A stretch of DNA of 61,509 bases, the filler included, from Choristocarpus tenellus KU-1152 (lineage: Eukaryota; Protista; Phaeophyceae), in the NCBI GenBank assembly GCA_964200185.2. It is 11 parts of 11 records of this genome, joined end to end, with 100 filler letters (N's around TTAATTAATTAA, not from the genome) between each part and the next. Parts side by side here need not be neighbours in the genome. Positions count along the whole stretch, not along the records: positions 38,441 to 42,489 come from CAXNAD020016482.1; positions 42,590 to 45,649 come from CAXNAD020022610.1; positions 45,750 to 53,937 come from CAXNAD020005027.1; 8 more parts are not named here. One strand, given 5' to 3'. The position numbers and the translations under genes were made by a program. Under the pieces are notes generated by a model. It had not been told where the DNA came from. It searched no databases and was given only the letters and a program-made list of their open reading frames with translations. This document shows, piece by piece, positions 39,650-53,292 of this stretch; position 1 is the first letter of the stretch, and each line of letters opens with the position of its first letter.

Positions 39650-39906
39650 GAGCCAAAGTATCTTAGAGGGTAGAGGCGCGTCCATTGGGGTTTCAAAATC
39701 AAATGTTGCGATTTTGATGTAATTTTGGCTATCGTTTTTGTTAGGAGGTGTCAATATCCATTTTTCGGACACACATTTTCATAACATATACATTTTACCT
39801 ACTCCTAAACATTTTGAATAGGAAGTGTCATAAAAAAACCCATGGGAAGCCAAGCCCCAAATGGACAAACAGGTCAAATTTCGCACCCTCTAAGATACTT
39901 TCACTC
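39650..39906 (+). mobile_element. MITE family A, TSD TGT
   Basis: Complete TIRs, flanked by TGT/TGT. Confidence 0.9.
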
Positions 39907-40239
39907 TGTAGCAACATTGTTCAAAGTGCATCAAGATACAACAAAAGACAAAAATAAAAATAAACACATACACACACAAATATGAAAATGCGAACCAGGT
40001 GCTGCCGGGTAAAGGTTGACACAAGATGGAGAGGGGGAGAGGTTGAAAAGTGAGCACAGTCACTGCTGTGCCCCCATCAGTATTTCCTTGCATAAGATGG
40101 CGTGATGATATACTGTGATCCAGGTGAAGAACTCCTTCACGAATCAGTAAACGTTTTGCCTGCTTGAGGACCACCGTTATGCCATTCCTAAAGAGAGATG
40201 ATGTAACCATGTTTGAGCAGACAGTGAAAGTATAGTGGA

Positions 40240-40508
40240 GGACCATAGTATCGTAGAGGGGGGGTACTTAGTGAGGTCCTCCATTCAGGGCTCGATATGG
40301 TGTTACAAAACAATTCGGTTTGATGCCCATTTTGTGGGTGATTTTCCTTCGTATTTAGTTCAGGGTTAGGGATGGAAGAGGAAGATGCATCCAGATGATT
40401 GAAGTCGCTCTTGCATCTGGTGTGTTCACTCGAATGACAAGAAAATCACCACAAGGTCACACTGGTCCCGAATGGACACCTGCCCCACCCTTTAGAAGAC
40501 TATGGGCC
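40240..40508. mobile_element. MITE family E
   Basis: GGACCATAGTATCGTAGAGGG...CCCTTTAGAAGACTATGGGCC, homologous to 3171-3448. Confidence 0.6.
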
Positions 40509-40566
40509 TGGATAGTAGTAGATGTGATATGAAACGGTTTACTGGGAAAAGTAGACAGAAGGGAGA

Positions 40567-40824
40567 GAGTGAAAGTATCTTAGAGGGTACGAGTTTCTCC
40601 CTCTTGGTCCATTTGGGCTTGACTTCCTATGGGTTCTATTATGACATTTTCCTACTCCAAAATGTTTCGGAGTAAGGAAAGTGTATACGCTATGAAAAGG
40701 TGTGTCCGAAACATGGATATTGACACTTCCTAACAAACACGATAGCCAAAATTACATCAAAATCGCAACATTGGATTTTAGCTCCCAAATGGACTCGGCC
40801 ATACCCTCTAAGATACTTTGGCTC
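40567..40824 (-). mobile_element. MITE family A, TSD AGA
   Basis: Complete TIRs, flanked by AGA/AGA. Confidence 0.9.
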
Positions 40825-41471
40825 AGACCAAGAATCAAACTATTTGTTTTGACCTTACTCTAAGTAGTCGCAGGTATTCTTGGTTAACATGTAGATTGGA
40901 ACGAAAGCAAGGTGAAAATGAGAAGAACTGGTGGGGTGGATACCTCAAGATGACCTTGAGAAGTGTCTGGTCACAGCTGAAGGATGTAGTACACAGGCAA
41001 CAAACCTACACAGATGGTACAAGTGAGTGATTGACAGCACAAAGAGCTTCATGGACAAGTGACATGCTGTGGACGCTGTAATACCTGACACATGTCATGC
41101 TAAGGCAGCAACCTTGGCACCCCAGGCAGATCAAGACACATACACACTCAACACAGCCTGCTGAAGGGTTGCTCTACTCACCGTCTCTTTTTCAGGGGGA
41201 TGGATTATCAATTTGTTCCTCATTCTTTTTATTTCAAATATGTGATGAGTTGGTGTGACTATACCCTTCCTTGGCTTCTTCCCCCCCCCCCCCCTCCCTC
41301 TTTTATTTAAGGATCTGGTGATGAGTAATGACGTTAATGACATCCTTTCTCAGGTATTGAATGTTAGTACAGCTCACATGGGTTCCTCTTCTGTGTACAC
41401 CCTTCACGGAGTGTTCTTCGCCTTTTATTGTCTTTTTTACATTTTCTATAGAATTGGATATTTATAGCATT

Positions 41472-41730
41472 GAGCTAAAGTATCTTGGAGGGTAGAGCCG
41501 TGTCCATTCGGGGGCCAAAATCCAATGTTGAGATTTTGATGTAATTTCGGCTATCATGTTTGTTAGAAAGTGCCAATATCTATGTTTCGGACACACCTTT
41601 TCATAACATATACCTTTTACCTACTCCTAAACATTTTGGAGTAGAAAAATGTCATTAAGAAACCCATGGGAAGCCAAGCCCCAAATGGACAAACACGGCA
41701 AAACTCGTCCCCTGTAAGATACTTTCACTC
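41472..41730 (+). mobile_element. MITE family A
   Basis: Complete TIRs. Flanks CATT/AATT (possible 4-bp TSD with one mismatch). Confidence 0.88.
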
Positions 41731-42052
41731 AATTGGATACTTGAGTGTTCTTTCTTGTTCATATTTTTTTACTCTGTTCTTCTATAGTATTGGATATTTT
41801 CTCAATTATTATGTCTTGCTGTCCTCTCACCATCTCTCAGCAACAACGACTTGTGGGACCTCCAGACTAATGCGACAAGCAAGAAATAAACGAGAACAAG
41901 AGGATAACAGAAGGAATGACTTCCTGCCAGCGCAAAGTATTAACTAATAATAATTAATAGTATTAAGTAGCTGTACGGTTTATACTTCGTAACAACACAT
42001 TTCCCTTCTCCTCTGCAGATATGTCCCCATCTCCGTAGTCAGTACCACACAC

Positions 42053-42332
42053 CTGGGAGTTGCCGCTCATTGCCTTTGTTTGACCTTTATCCTCTTCCAC
42101 TCCCAGCATATTCTGCATGGAGAATATAATTTTTTCCAATTTTGTACTCTTTTCTGTCGATGATAACAGCCCCTGTGAGGCCCCTAACCCTATGTGTCTA
42201 TCCTTACCCCCTCCTGCGACAGAAGCCAATGACCCTGCCTTGCTATCACCATCTTGGCCATGACTGTGATTCCTTCGCCGCCATGGGAGTCTGAAGTAGA
42301 TAGACCTATCTCTACTCAAACGCTTCTCATGC
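42053..42332 (-). CDS. Orphan exon, unknown low-complexity protein
   Basis: Open frame HEKRLSRDRSIYFRLPW...KLEKIIFSMQNMLGVEEDKGQTKAMSGNSQ between a CAG acceptor and GT donor. Confidence 0.5.
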
Positions 42333-42947
42333 CTGACATGGTTATCGGCAGAAAAGCACGCACAGTTCATTTCCGTACACCAGTAAGGGACAAGTGCATG
42401 GCGAGGATGAATTACTTGTGTGTGTAAGAGAGAGGGGGGGGGGGGGGGTGGGGCAAAAAGGTTGGGATTTTGGTAGGAGAGGATGAGCANNNNNNNNNNN
42501 NNNNNNNNNNNNNNNNNNNNNNNNNNNNNNNNNTTAATTAATTAANNNNNNNNNNNNNNNNNNNNNNNNNNNNNNNNNNNNNNNNNNNNGGTATAACGGT
42601 ATATGACATAAGGCAATAACGGTATAATAACAGACAAACATGCTTTCCACATATGCCTCCAATCTATAGCTTATTCCTATACAACTCACGGAAAAGTCGA
42701 ATATTAGTATTAAAATAGTGTTGAAAAAATGTACAACCACAAATAGTGCGCGCAGTATACAGACACGCGAATAACTGCCAATACATTTGGGATCAAAGAA
42801 GGCTATTCTTACACACATCCCACAAGAGAGGCTGGACGGGTCACCGCCCCCGCAAGAGGGAGGGGGGAGGGGCAAGTGCCCAGTGTATTCTATAAGTTTA
42901 TTGATTTGGGTTAGTCGTTCGGTGGACGAGTGGGAAAAAGCAAGAGA

Positions 42948-45338
42948 ATGGGCAATGAACTGGGTAAGAGTTCCAACCGTATGGCCATAGCAGCCATGGC
43001 CAACGCGACCCACTTCGGAAAGGAGGAGCTGCTTCAATTACAGGTAGGTTTATCCCTTGTGATTCTCAAGGTTGTGTGACCTAAATGCTGATTATGATTA
43101 TGAACATAACCTCTAGCGATGCTGAGTGGTTGACTTTTTCAAATGCCATTCCCATCGTCCTCCATATGACCACGTCTCACATGACTTCTCCAACAACAAA
43201 TGTCTTTTTCCGGCCATCACGCCAATCGGTTCTTGGTGTCAACCGCAGAAAAAGTTTTTCGAGCTAGCCCAACGAGAAGGAAACCCTTTCACTATCACGC
43301 GGGTGGAGTTCCTGTGAGTTGCGGTGTCAAGGTCAAGACTTGGATTGAATATGTCCGCATTGTCCAGGATTGATACCTGAATCAGTCATGCAAAGCTCTG
43401 GTTGCACTGTTGCGACATCACGCTCGCTTCATCAACTGATGTTTCCCTAGGGGCATAACACTGACCTTGCAACCTCAATTCATATCCTTGGCCCAAAGCT
43501 GCTATCCACGATCCTCGTTTTCCGGCCTTGGATCCAAACAAGGCAACTTTCGCCCACAATTAGAGCCCCCCCCCCCCACACCTCGATTTTATGGCGCCAC
43601 CTCCTTTGAACCGTCGGTTCTTCCCTGCCCTCGCTGCGATGGAATGCGCGCCCTACCATGTGTTCCTACTTTTACTGCTCTTGTGTGGATGGGCAAATCG
43701 TCAATCTGGAACAGCGAGGCGCTAGAGTTAGTGGGAATAGTGGAATCGGATCATGAGATCATTGACCGACTGTTTAGCATGTTCGATAAAACCGGTAATG
43801 ATCAAATCAGCTGGAAGGAGTTCGTGGTGGGGCTGGCGCCCCTCTGCCATGGCACTGTCCAAGAGAAGCTAAAATGTGAGCCTTGCCCAGGAGGATGGGG
43901 AGAAGAGTGACTCAGTTCCTAGTCATTTATTGTTTCAGAGGTGCCCCAATTAGATGCATGCCGTTACTGATTATTGTGTGTGTCCTGGCAGACAGTCCTC
44001 AAGATATTAGTGAGCAATTGATTTATTTCTGCTCAATGATTCCTTCCCTAGGCCAAACAAGTTAGGCAGATGAGAGGAAGCTGGAATAAGCAAACGTTTC
44101 TTGCCTATCAAAAATTGCACTCTTTTTTTGAGAGGCAGTTTGGTACAAGTACCGCCAAAGGGTGAGATGGTGTTTAACGCAATCTTATCTGTTATAGTCA
44201 GAGATAGCACTGATGAGTGGGTGAACAAAGTGGTCACCTCCTTTCTAACCAAACGTATTGCTTACAGCAATATAAAGGATCAAGGTAATGTTGGAGTGCT
44301 GATGCCCAAATCAAATTTGCACCCTAGATGGAAGAAAAGAGGTGTGCATGAATTGATGTGTCAATATTATCTCACAGTCAAAACTACTTCAATAGTCCAA
44401 TCACATAAGCGCTTCAGTTCCCTTCTCCACAAACCTATTGATTGTCAGGAATAGCATCACTTCCTCAAATGAGACCGCACATTGAACGAATGAGCTCAAC
44501 TTTCACAACCCCCTTTTTACATTTCATTCCTAGCTTCCAAGGTGTGAAATTTAGTACGGACACTGTTAGTTTGTTGACTGGAGGAAGAACAATTTGATGA
44601 TGCCCAACGGACACGGATTATGCTCTTAATTCCAGTAGCCTTAGGTTATCATTAAGAGGTGCTGTCCAATGACATCTCTGCAATTCTACCACGCTATAGC
44701 TATAACCGTAGAGATTGCAGCCTTAGGAGTCGCTGTGGCCCACGTTTTGATTTTCTCCATTTCACCACATTTGACAGGAGTACATTTTCAGCGATGGGCC
44801 CCTGTTGAAATAAATGTGTCAGTTTTCAACAGTTTGATGTCTAAAACTTTGACCCTTTCTTTTTTTACAGTGCCCAATTTTTTTTCTTCGCACCTTGTTA
44901 ATTTTTTTTTGTTAGGAATAGTCTTCATGAATAGTCTTCATGCTGTGCCTGTCTCTTACACCGCCTGCTCTTTCACTGAGAATGCCCATATCATCTGGTC
45001 TCTGCACGCCTCAACCCTTGTACTCCATGCTGCTCTGAACCCCTCCCCTCCCCTTCCCTTCCCTTCCCTTCCCTTCCCTTCCCCCCCCCCCCACCTTGTG
45101 TTCCTGTTTTGTTGTTTATTATGCATGGATGGCCCTTGCAATGGCACCTTTGCTGTTCTTGCCCCTGTACCCTTTGCGTTCTGTTATTCTTGATAAAAAA
45201 AAAAAAGTCTCGTTTGAGTTGTATGATGTGAACAAGACGGGGCAGATCAAGGCGGAGGAAATGGAGGTGGTACTGACATCCATCAATGAAACTGCCAGTT
45301 ATTTTGGAGACCCAGTAATGAAGCGGGAGGAGATAAAG
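42948..45338 (+). CDS. Calcineurin B/NCS-like EF-hand calcium sensor, 3' partial (exons 42948-43043, 43249-43313, 43715-43875, 45208-45338)
   Basis: MGNELGKS...THFGKEELLQLQKKFFEL...IIDRLFSMFDKTGNDQISWKEFVVGLAPLCHGTVQEKLKFSFELYDVNKTGQIKAEEM. Two canonical EF loops. All junctions are GT-AG and in phase. Confidence 0.92.
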
Positions 45339-45749
45339 GTTAGTGTCTGTGTCTGTGTCTGTGTCTGTGTCTGTTGAAAGACAAGTGTTCAATGTATTTT
45401 AGAAAGCATGTTTTTATTTTTTGCAGGAATCAGTCGCCTGTACAGGGTGCGGCTATTTGCAGAAAGTCTGGCTCTTGTTGTGCAGGGTAGGTAAACAAAA
45501 AAACACATACAGAATGCAAAACAAAACTTCAAGATGAGTTCCTATGCTACGTGGTTAGGCTGCATACCGTCGTTGTATCCCCCCCCCCCCCCCCCCCCCC
45601 CCCCCTCATCTCACCCCTCCCCGTTCGCAGCCGCCGCGGGGACCAGACCNNNNNNNNNNNNNNNNNNNNNNNNNNNNNNNNNNNNNNNNNNNNTTAATTA
45701 ATTAANNNNNNNNNNNNNNNNNNNNNNNNNNNNNNNNNNNNNNNNNNNN

Positions 45750-45989
45750 AGTGCCACTATAGGGGCCTTTGATGACATTGTTCGGGTTGCTGAGAGAGAG
45801 TGTGTGGAGATCTTATCCCTGAGTGATATTGAGTGTCGGTCCAGGGCACTGACAGAGCACTCTTTGGATCTAACGGTTGCTCTCTCTGGGGCACGGGGCA
45901 TGGCCTGTGCGGTGAGTGCTTCCAGGCTGATGATTCTCGACCTTGAAGAGGATGCAGATGAGGAAGGGGAAGATGATGAGGAAGAGTGA
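45750..45989 (+). CDS. APC4: Anaphase-promoting complex subunit 4, C-terminal exon (partial)
   Basis: VALSGARGMACAVSASRLMILDLEEDADEEGEDDEEE* matches the APC4 end motif (LAVSASRGVACV...LEEDE + acidic tail). Confidence 0.7.
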   Translation, partial: SATIGAFDDIVRVAERECVEILSLSDIECRSRALTEHSLDLTVALSGARGMACAVSASRLMILDLEEDADEEGEDDEEE

Positions 45990-46570
45990 GCTGGAAGGGG
46001 CGTTCTTTTCCACCAGGAGAATATGTTTTGGAGGGCACAAGAGTGTTTTGAGTGTCAAGGGGGGGTCATCGAATGTGTGTCCAACGATGGTCCTTCATCT
46101 CTTCATCAGCCGAGAAAGGGGCTTTTAGTGGTTGATGTGCTAGAAAAGGCGAAGGAGTAGTGTCCTCTTTTTGGGCAGGCTTGATCTTGAGTGGGTTGTG
46201 GAGGTATAGCAGGAACACGCCTGTGTTTATGTACGTGTAATAGAGAGGTGGGCAAAGATACACCGTGTGTGTGTGTGTGTGTGTGTGTTAGTGTACTGCT
46301 TGGTGTCAGGTTTGAGCCTTCACCTTAGTGTGTGTCTCCAACACATACAGACTTGGAAGGCTGAGGACTTGTTGAGGATACAAGATGGACCTTGTCTGCT
46401 TCGACTCAAGCATTGTACAAAAAATGATACCTTCCCCATCACCCCCGTCATTTGAGACTTTAAATCTGTGTCACCTCCTCCTCATCAGACTAAAACAGCT
46501 CATTGTCAAGGTTACAGCAGGTTATGCAGAGGGGGAGGCGGATATGTAAGGTATCCCAAGTACTTGTGTG

Positions 46571-49500
46571 TTATTTTCCTTTTCCTGTGCTCGTTGTTTG
46601 AAACGCCTCTTCAACCATGTGCTTTTCCAAGATCTTCCTCAAAGCATCTTTGGATGACCCCCCCGGTGGAGACCACGGGTTGTACTTCTTCAAACCAAGC
46701 CCCATCCCTACATACAAGGATCCTGCGATACCAAGGCTTGTTGATGGCATGCCATCCCTTTTGTTCGTTGTAGCAATAGCTCGGGAACCCGTAGTGCCAC
46801 AGGAAGACCTAAGGTGGGCAGGTGTGCCACCAGCGCTAAGACTCTCCCTCATTGGTGCTCCCTCTGCGGCAGGTGCTACTGGTGATGCACTGTGTTTGAG
46901 CAAATGTGTGTGTGTGCCTGTTGGTGTGTATGGTGATAGGTCGGGGTGTAGGGTGAAATAAAACGGAGTGGGTTGTGTTATGATGGTATCAAGGTATCAA
47001 TACAAACAAGCTCTTATCGTTTGAAGGATATTGTGAAAATGAAAGGGTGTGGATTTGAATTGTAATAGGCGTGGCTGAGAGGTCAGGGAATACACCCAAC
47101 GTTTGTCTGTTGATATTACTAAGGAGGTGTTACTGTATATTGAAGCTATTGATGGTGATGCCAAATTTTGGGATAGTAATGTTGAGGGGGAAAGGGACGT
47201 AAGGAGTATGCGTACCTCTGAATCTATAATATGTAAGGCATCTGAACTGTTCTGTCGTGGATATATTTTACTCTTTGGTTTGCTTTTCGAACTGTGTCCC
47301 ACGGCCCTCAATGAAATAATAACAATAATTATTATTATCATTATCATTATCTAGGCATCACTCCAATGCGCCAGACGACAGCATCTTAGTACTTGTAATG
47401 GGGTACATAGAGGTACCTGATGTGTTCCGACCTCCCATCACAATGGCGGCAGACACTTCCCGACCATTGCACGACTCGTGGGCAGGAACCTCAACTTTGG
47501 CTAGGAAGGCATCGTCCAGGCTCACTCCCTGCCTAAAACTTGGGGCGAACACAGGAGTCGGCCTCGGACTTTTGTGCCTCCTGTTCTTGGAGTTGTGCTG
47601 GGTTGTGTGTGGGTCAGGCCATGATGTATCTCTTTTTCCCGCTTTCCTATCTCTGCCGAGGTTCAAATCGGTCTCCCTTGTCCAGTTCTGATGGGAGCTC
47701 AATGCACCCTGAGAGGAAGATGTCTTGCCCCTTGACCTGGTTCCTCTGTGCAAGGCACGGTGGTGCTCAGTGCAACTCGATGTGCTGACTATGTAGTCCC
47801 TTCTGACTCGAGACAGCTCTTGCCGAAGACTGCTCTGGGCGGACATCCCAGCTGAAATTTGCCCCTGTTTTGTCAACAAGATCCTGATCAAAATGTACAG
47901 AAACGAGGGGAAAAAATGTTTGTATCGTAGTATCAGTAATCAAGCACTACCTACCTGGGGGAGGGGCCACTGAAGTTGTTTCCGGTGAGGAAATATGTAC
48001 TGCTGCTGTAATCTTTTGGGACCTCACACACTGCAGGAGTATGAGGTGCATCAATAGCACAGTTGTGTTTGGCTGATAGCGCTCCTAAAGCTTCTGATAA
48101 AGTCCTGTGCTAAGGATCCTCAGCAGGCAACTGCAAACAGCTGTACAGATATTTATGCAGAGAGCACGATACAACCCTCTCTCTACCTCCTGGATCCCAC
48201 GAGCTCAGCCCTCAGTAGTTCTATCTCCTTGGCCTGTGCATTTGTCTCTCCCACCTGTGCCTCATTGATACGACATTGAGCTTGCAGTTCCCTCCTTTTT
48301 AGTTCTACCTGGTTGAGAGAAAGGTTCAGCGTAATGAAATCTTGATTGAGCTTGTCGTAGCATCTATCCAATAATGTTTTATAGGTTCCCCTTCACAAAG
48401 AAGCAGGGAAGGCGAGCATACAATGCAAGGATATTGCTTGCAGGGTGCTAAATGTACAGAATATGGAAGAAGAACAGGGAACTGCACTATCTGTAGAAGA
48501 GACCCTTGAGAAGAGCTTCTGGTGACTGATACCCGGCATGTAGAATATGGTTTCGAAGTACTACTATAAATCCTGCAGTTTATGCCTGACTCTCTCCTAT
48601 ACTATAGCTGCTGCCATTCAGTATGTTGACATGCTAGTTGGTGTGGTCCATAGAGTGAAAAATGTGCATTGTGTTCACATAGCTCATCACCTATTAGGCA
48701 TTTTATAGACTTAACTATTAAAAAAGGATGTTTTTCAGCACTGTTTTATGGCACATGCACCTTGTTCAAGTCAATTTTCTTGTTGGCATGAAGATCATTC
48801 CTCATCCTTGCTCACCGTGTTTTCCAGTTTCTGAGCTATCTTCTCAGCAGCTAGCCATTTTTCTTCAGCTGTAGCTACAGCTTCCCCTGCCTGATGAGTC
48901 TTAGAAGCCATGGCTTCGTGCCGGTGTAAGTCCTGGTGATAGATCCTGAGTAGGTTTGTAAATAGTTTCGACCAGAATCTATAATAGTTGGGAACAATAA
49001 TATTATGCATCGTAGAAGGGCATAAAGTCAACACACTGTTACTGCTCTTGTTATGTCTTGGACTTCGAAGAAAGGAGTCAGGTGCCATTTATACCTGCAA
49101 TCGAAGGCTCCGTTCATTTGCCCATTGGTGCTCGAGTTCTTTAGTCTTGTCTTCTAGCTTTTTCCTGTTGTGTGATTGTACAACAGAATGGTTGTCTTGG
49201 TATGAAATGACAACAGAAAGTGGTTTTGAAATAGATGGTGTATGACACACTCGACCCTAGTTGTTGGGCCTTAAGCTTTCAATCCAGCATGGTGAGTCCG
49301 AAATTTATCTGAAGATATCCCCTGGTTTTATTCAGTCCAGTGTATCAGTCCTTGCATCTTTGATGAACTTGAATGGTGAATGAAGGAAATGCAACTTAAG
49401 GAAATACAAGCAAGTAGTGGGCTCGATGGATACATGGCTTGCGACTGAGTATTGTATCAACGGGAAAATAGGGAAATATAAGTGGTGGTAATTCGTGCGA

Positions 49501-50128
49501 TTACCCTGCATCCGTAATCATACCTAAATTCAACGGAATTTTCCAGGTCGGAACGTAACGTCTTTATGCAATGTTCTAATATCCCCAGCTTTTTCGTCTG
49601 TCCCTCGCGAGCGATGTTGTCAAATTTGGCATTTTTCTTGGCCCGTTCAACTGCTCTCTGCAAGTTAGTAGCCTGAGACCTAGCAACACCAAGCTCTTCC
49701 TCTTTAGCGTCAAGCCTCTGTTCCAAAGTTTTTACCTGTACCACAAGCTGATCCTGTAGGTGGGAGGAAGAACCCAAGCGTGAGAAAAGTACGCCCTGGA
49801 GATGACAGGATTCGTAAGGACAACACAAGTGAAGGAAGATCCCTTGAGGAACCAAGTACATGGAAACCGTTACCTTCTCTCCGATGACGGTCTGGTGAGC
49901 CGCTTTCCAGTGGTCGATCGCCTTCCCTTGTTCATGGCAGTCCTCCTGGGTTAGGTAATTGAACGAGAGACAACCAGGTGCAAAGTTGCCGTGCGTCTTG
50001 AAACCTGAGGAGTGAGATTAAAGTTATACTGACCCCATTCATACCTGCAGGTGCTTATACTTGCTCTCAATCTTCTCCAGCTCTCGCAATCTTTCACGCA
50101 GTCGCTTCAGATCGCCCTGGGAGGCCAT
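46571..50128 (-). CDS. Multi-exon coiled-coil protein of unknown function
   Basis: About 8 GT-AG exons: MASQGDLKRLRERLRELEKIESKYKHLQ|EDCHEQGKAIDHWKAAHQTVIGEK|DQLVVQVKTLEQRLDAKEEEL...|KKLEDKTKELEHQWANERSLRLQ|DLHRHEAM...|VELKRREL...|ILLTKQ...|...KDALRKILEKHM...GK*. Confidence 0.8.
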
Positions 50129-50620
50129 TCTATTTTGTGCTTATGTTTATCAACGCCACTGAGCGACAGTTACTACAACAAACACGCAGACGATATTTTC
50201 CATTTTTACTGCGTCGAACTTTACATGATATCTTGGATTAGTTTTGGAAATTGTCCCACAATCATAGTTACTCAGTGATTTGAAAAGGTTTCCTTGTGGA
50301 ACAACCCTTGGATATCTACAAATAATAAGTGGTGTATTGAGGTTGTTATCATAACAACTGTGTGACCAAAACAAACTTGAACAGTTCGCTCTGGAGCCGC
50401 TCGGAGCGACAAAAACTGTGATGAATTGGATTGACCTCTGAAGGGTTACCTCCTTCAACACTGAAAAATACATTGGCTACAACGATGTGTGAAGCTACAA
50501 TACTGCGTCAGTAGATTTAAATGGTGGGGGAATGGGGCTGAATAGGAAACTTGGTCATTGCCATCCGGGTTGCGTTGCTTCAAGCAGTCAACTTCACTTT
50601 AATGACCCTGCTTTTGAACC

Positions 50621-53292
50621 ATGACAATATTGCTCACCCTCCTGATTGTGGTTATCCTGTTAGTCGTGACCACCCTATGGTCCAAGAAACTGAGAAATCA
50701 TCTGCGTCTTGGGCTTGACCTTCTGGACTTGGTGCGACTGCTGATTACGCTTAGACTGCAGGCATTCAATGTCCGCCATAGAGACTGGTGAGCTTCAGCA
50801 ACCATGCCAACCTCAACGCCAGATAGGTTACGCTAAGACGAGCAATTTCCCAGACTTAATTATGTCCAATAAATGATATTCTCCGCCACCCTAACGTTTG
50901 TTCCTCCCTGGCCTGTGCATACTCGCACTCTACGGACTCCGAATCCCTACATGTGTAGGAGTGTCGTGGACATGTTTGAGGATTGTGTGGCCTTGCATGG
51001 GGACGACGCTGCAATCGCCATGGCTGAACCTGTGTCCTCAATATCTTACTCAGAGCTGGATCGCAGGTGCTATTTGCACACAGCTTCAGGACGCAATAGA
51101 CTGTTGTTGGTCAAGGATGGCCAAGCAGAGTAGTTTACGTTCAGTGTTAACACAGTATGCGAAGTCAACCATGCATGGTGGGCGTGATACCTGTTACTGG
51201 TTCAATCGCTTAACCTCCACTCAATGCTGAACATTATTAAGGATCAGCCTTATGCTATACATTGCCTAGAAGCTGGAGGGTAAAAGAGTTCTAGTGGAAT
51301 ACTTTTCAGTTGTTCGTTCGAATGCCATACAACATCAGTTGGTAGTTCAGATGTCTACATCTCATTATGCCATCACTCCGCATTTTTTTTGTTTTTGCTG
51401 AAATGAGGCCATTATCTCCAGTGTGCCAAAATAGCCAAACTGTGTTAATATGAACTCGTCATTATGCTGCCCACAATGAAGGTCCAACCAAATCGCGCGC
51501 TGGGCTCTACAGCAGCGACTGGGGAAGGGAGATGCTATCGCGCTGGTCATGCCCTCCTGCCCAGATTACGGTATTGAAATAGACAAACACAAACATCTTG
51601 TACATTCTTTGCATCGATATTGCAAAAGGGGCTCCTGGCTCTAATTCCAACTTGATACTAATCACGTTAGGATATCCAACCACCATCAAGGACCGTTTGC
51701 AATTCACCCTGTTGTACCTTCATCATTCTTGTGTTGAAATATCAGGCAGGTGGTGTAACGCAGTCAAAGTGAATCGTTGTGGCTCAAAAGATCGACATCC
51801 CCCAATCTCTCTACGCCGCTTCTGTTCCTTCCGCAGTGGCCATATGGTTAGGATTGGCAAAGGTTGGAGTGTGCACTGCCCTGGTTAATATCCATACTAA
51901 GGGGCCGCCACTGGTGCATGCCATCCGTACAGTGCTATGCCACTCCAACAGCAAAGTTGTTGTTGTAGACCACAGTCTAGTGCACAACCTTCTGAGCCCA
52001 GATGTACTCTCTGAGCTGGGGCAGGGGGTGAGTGTTCTGCTCGGCCCAGCATCCCAAAGCAGCAAATGTAACTGTATCTGTAGTGTCTTTTTTTTTGCAT
52101 GTTGGTTTTGATAAAAATATATATGATACACCCTTAGACCGTGATATACCTTAGACCGCAATAGCCAAGAGTCCCCGTGTCCCGGCCTGTACTGTCATCT
52201 GTTGTTTTGAGAGTTGCCCAATGAGTTGCGTGCTCTGGTTGACCTCTTATTGAAACGTGTGCTCTGTTACATTGTGGTGTTGATACGCCTGTTTTTGGCT
52301 CTGTTGACTGGAGTAAGACTCACACATGTGCCATGGCAAGTAGTACAATCCAGCTGTGGTCAAGATGTTCACAACATCGCTTTGAAGTAAATTTGGCGCT
52401 GATTCCGACTACCACTACTATGCACCTGTCGAAGTGTCTTCACCGCTTTTCTTGTTGCTAGTTTGGTAGATACTTGAGTTGTAGACTGGTTATGTGATCC
52501 TCCAGCTGTAGGCTTTGCATCCTTTTTGTATGAAATACCTGTGAAGTGGTGGTACCATACAAGAGGGCCTAATTTTACTTTTGAGAAAATGCCTGTTCTA
52601 TCATGGATTGTTCTTCTTTGGTAGATAGAGTATTTGGAAATGAAATGCCTCGTAGTTCTTCTGCAAGAGGGATTACATGCCGCACCTGACAACAACTCTG
52701 TGTGTGGTTACGACTATGATTTGGCACTGGCAGGCACCAATGTGTTGATGCAAGGTTGCTTTTACCAGCCGACTTATCCAGATTCAAAGTACTCAGTACT
52801 TTTGTAGTACCCATAGTATCCTAAATATGTGGTACTTATCTTTGAAGTGACAGGGTAGTAGTCCCAAGAAATCAAGTACTTACTATATATTAGGTTAAAA
52901 CCATTCAAGGACAAGAGTTTTCTACTGAGTAGAATGCTGTCTTCTTTTTCATCTCATCCCTTCAACCATTCCCTCGCGGCTTCACATGGTTGAAGCAACC
53001 CATGGCCGTCCCTCGACTGACAATCGCACAACAGTCATTCTTCTCATTGCCCCACGTGTTGCTGACTGGTAGGTACCCTTAAATTCTCCCGATACTTGAC
53101 CTGTCAACTGTGCCAGGAACCCTACCTTGACCCCCACATTGACCCGCCCCGGTCTGTTGTGTGTTGTGTGTAGCCAGGTGCGTGTGGTTACGTATGGAGT
53201 ACAAGACGGAGAGTCTCCAGATGAGGACATGGCACAACAGATCATCTCCATGAACAAGGGGCCACTGTCAAGAGAATCCCGGCAGGGAATAA
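50621..53292 (+). CDS. Fatty acid transport protein / very-long-chain acyl-CoA synthetase (SLC27/FATP-like), 5' part (exons 50621-50787, 50959-51066, 51482-51570, 51837-52027, ~53178-53292)
   Basis: N-terminal hydrophobic anchor MTILLTLLIVVILLVVTTLW, then SVVDMFE...SYSELDRRSNQIARWA...GKGDAIALVMPSCPDYVAIWLGLAKVGVCTALVNIHTKGPPLVHAI, the FATP signature region. Confidence 0.9.
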
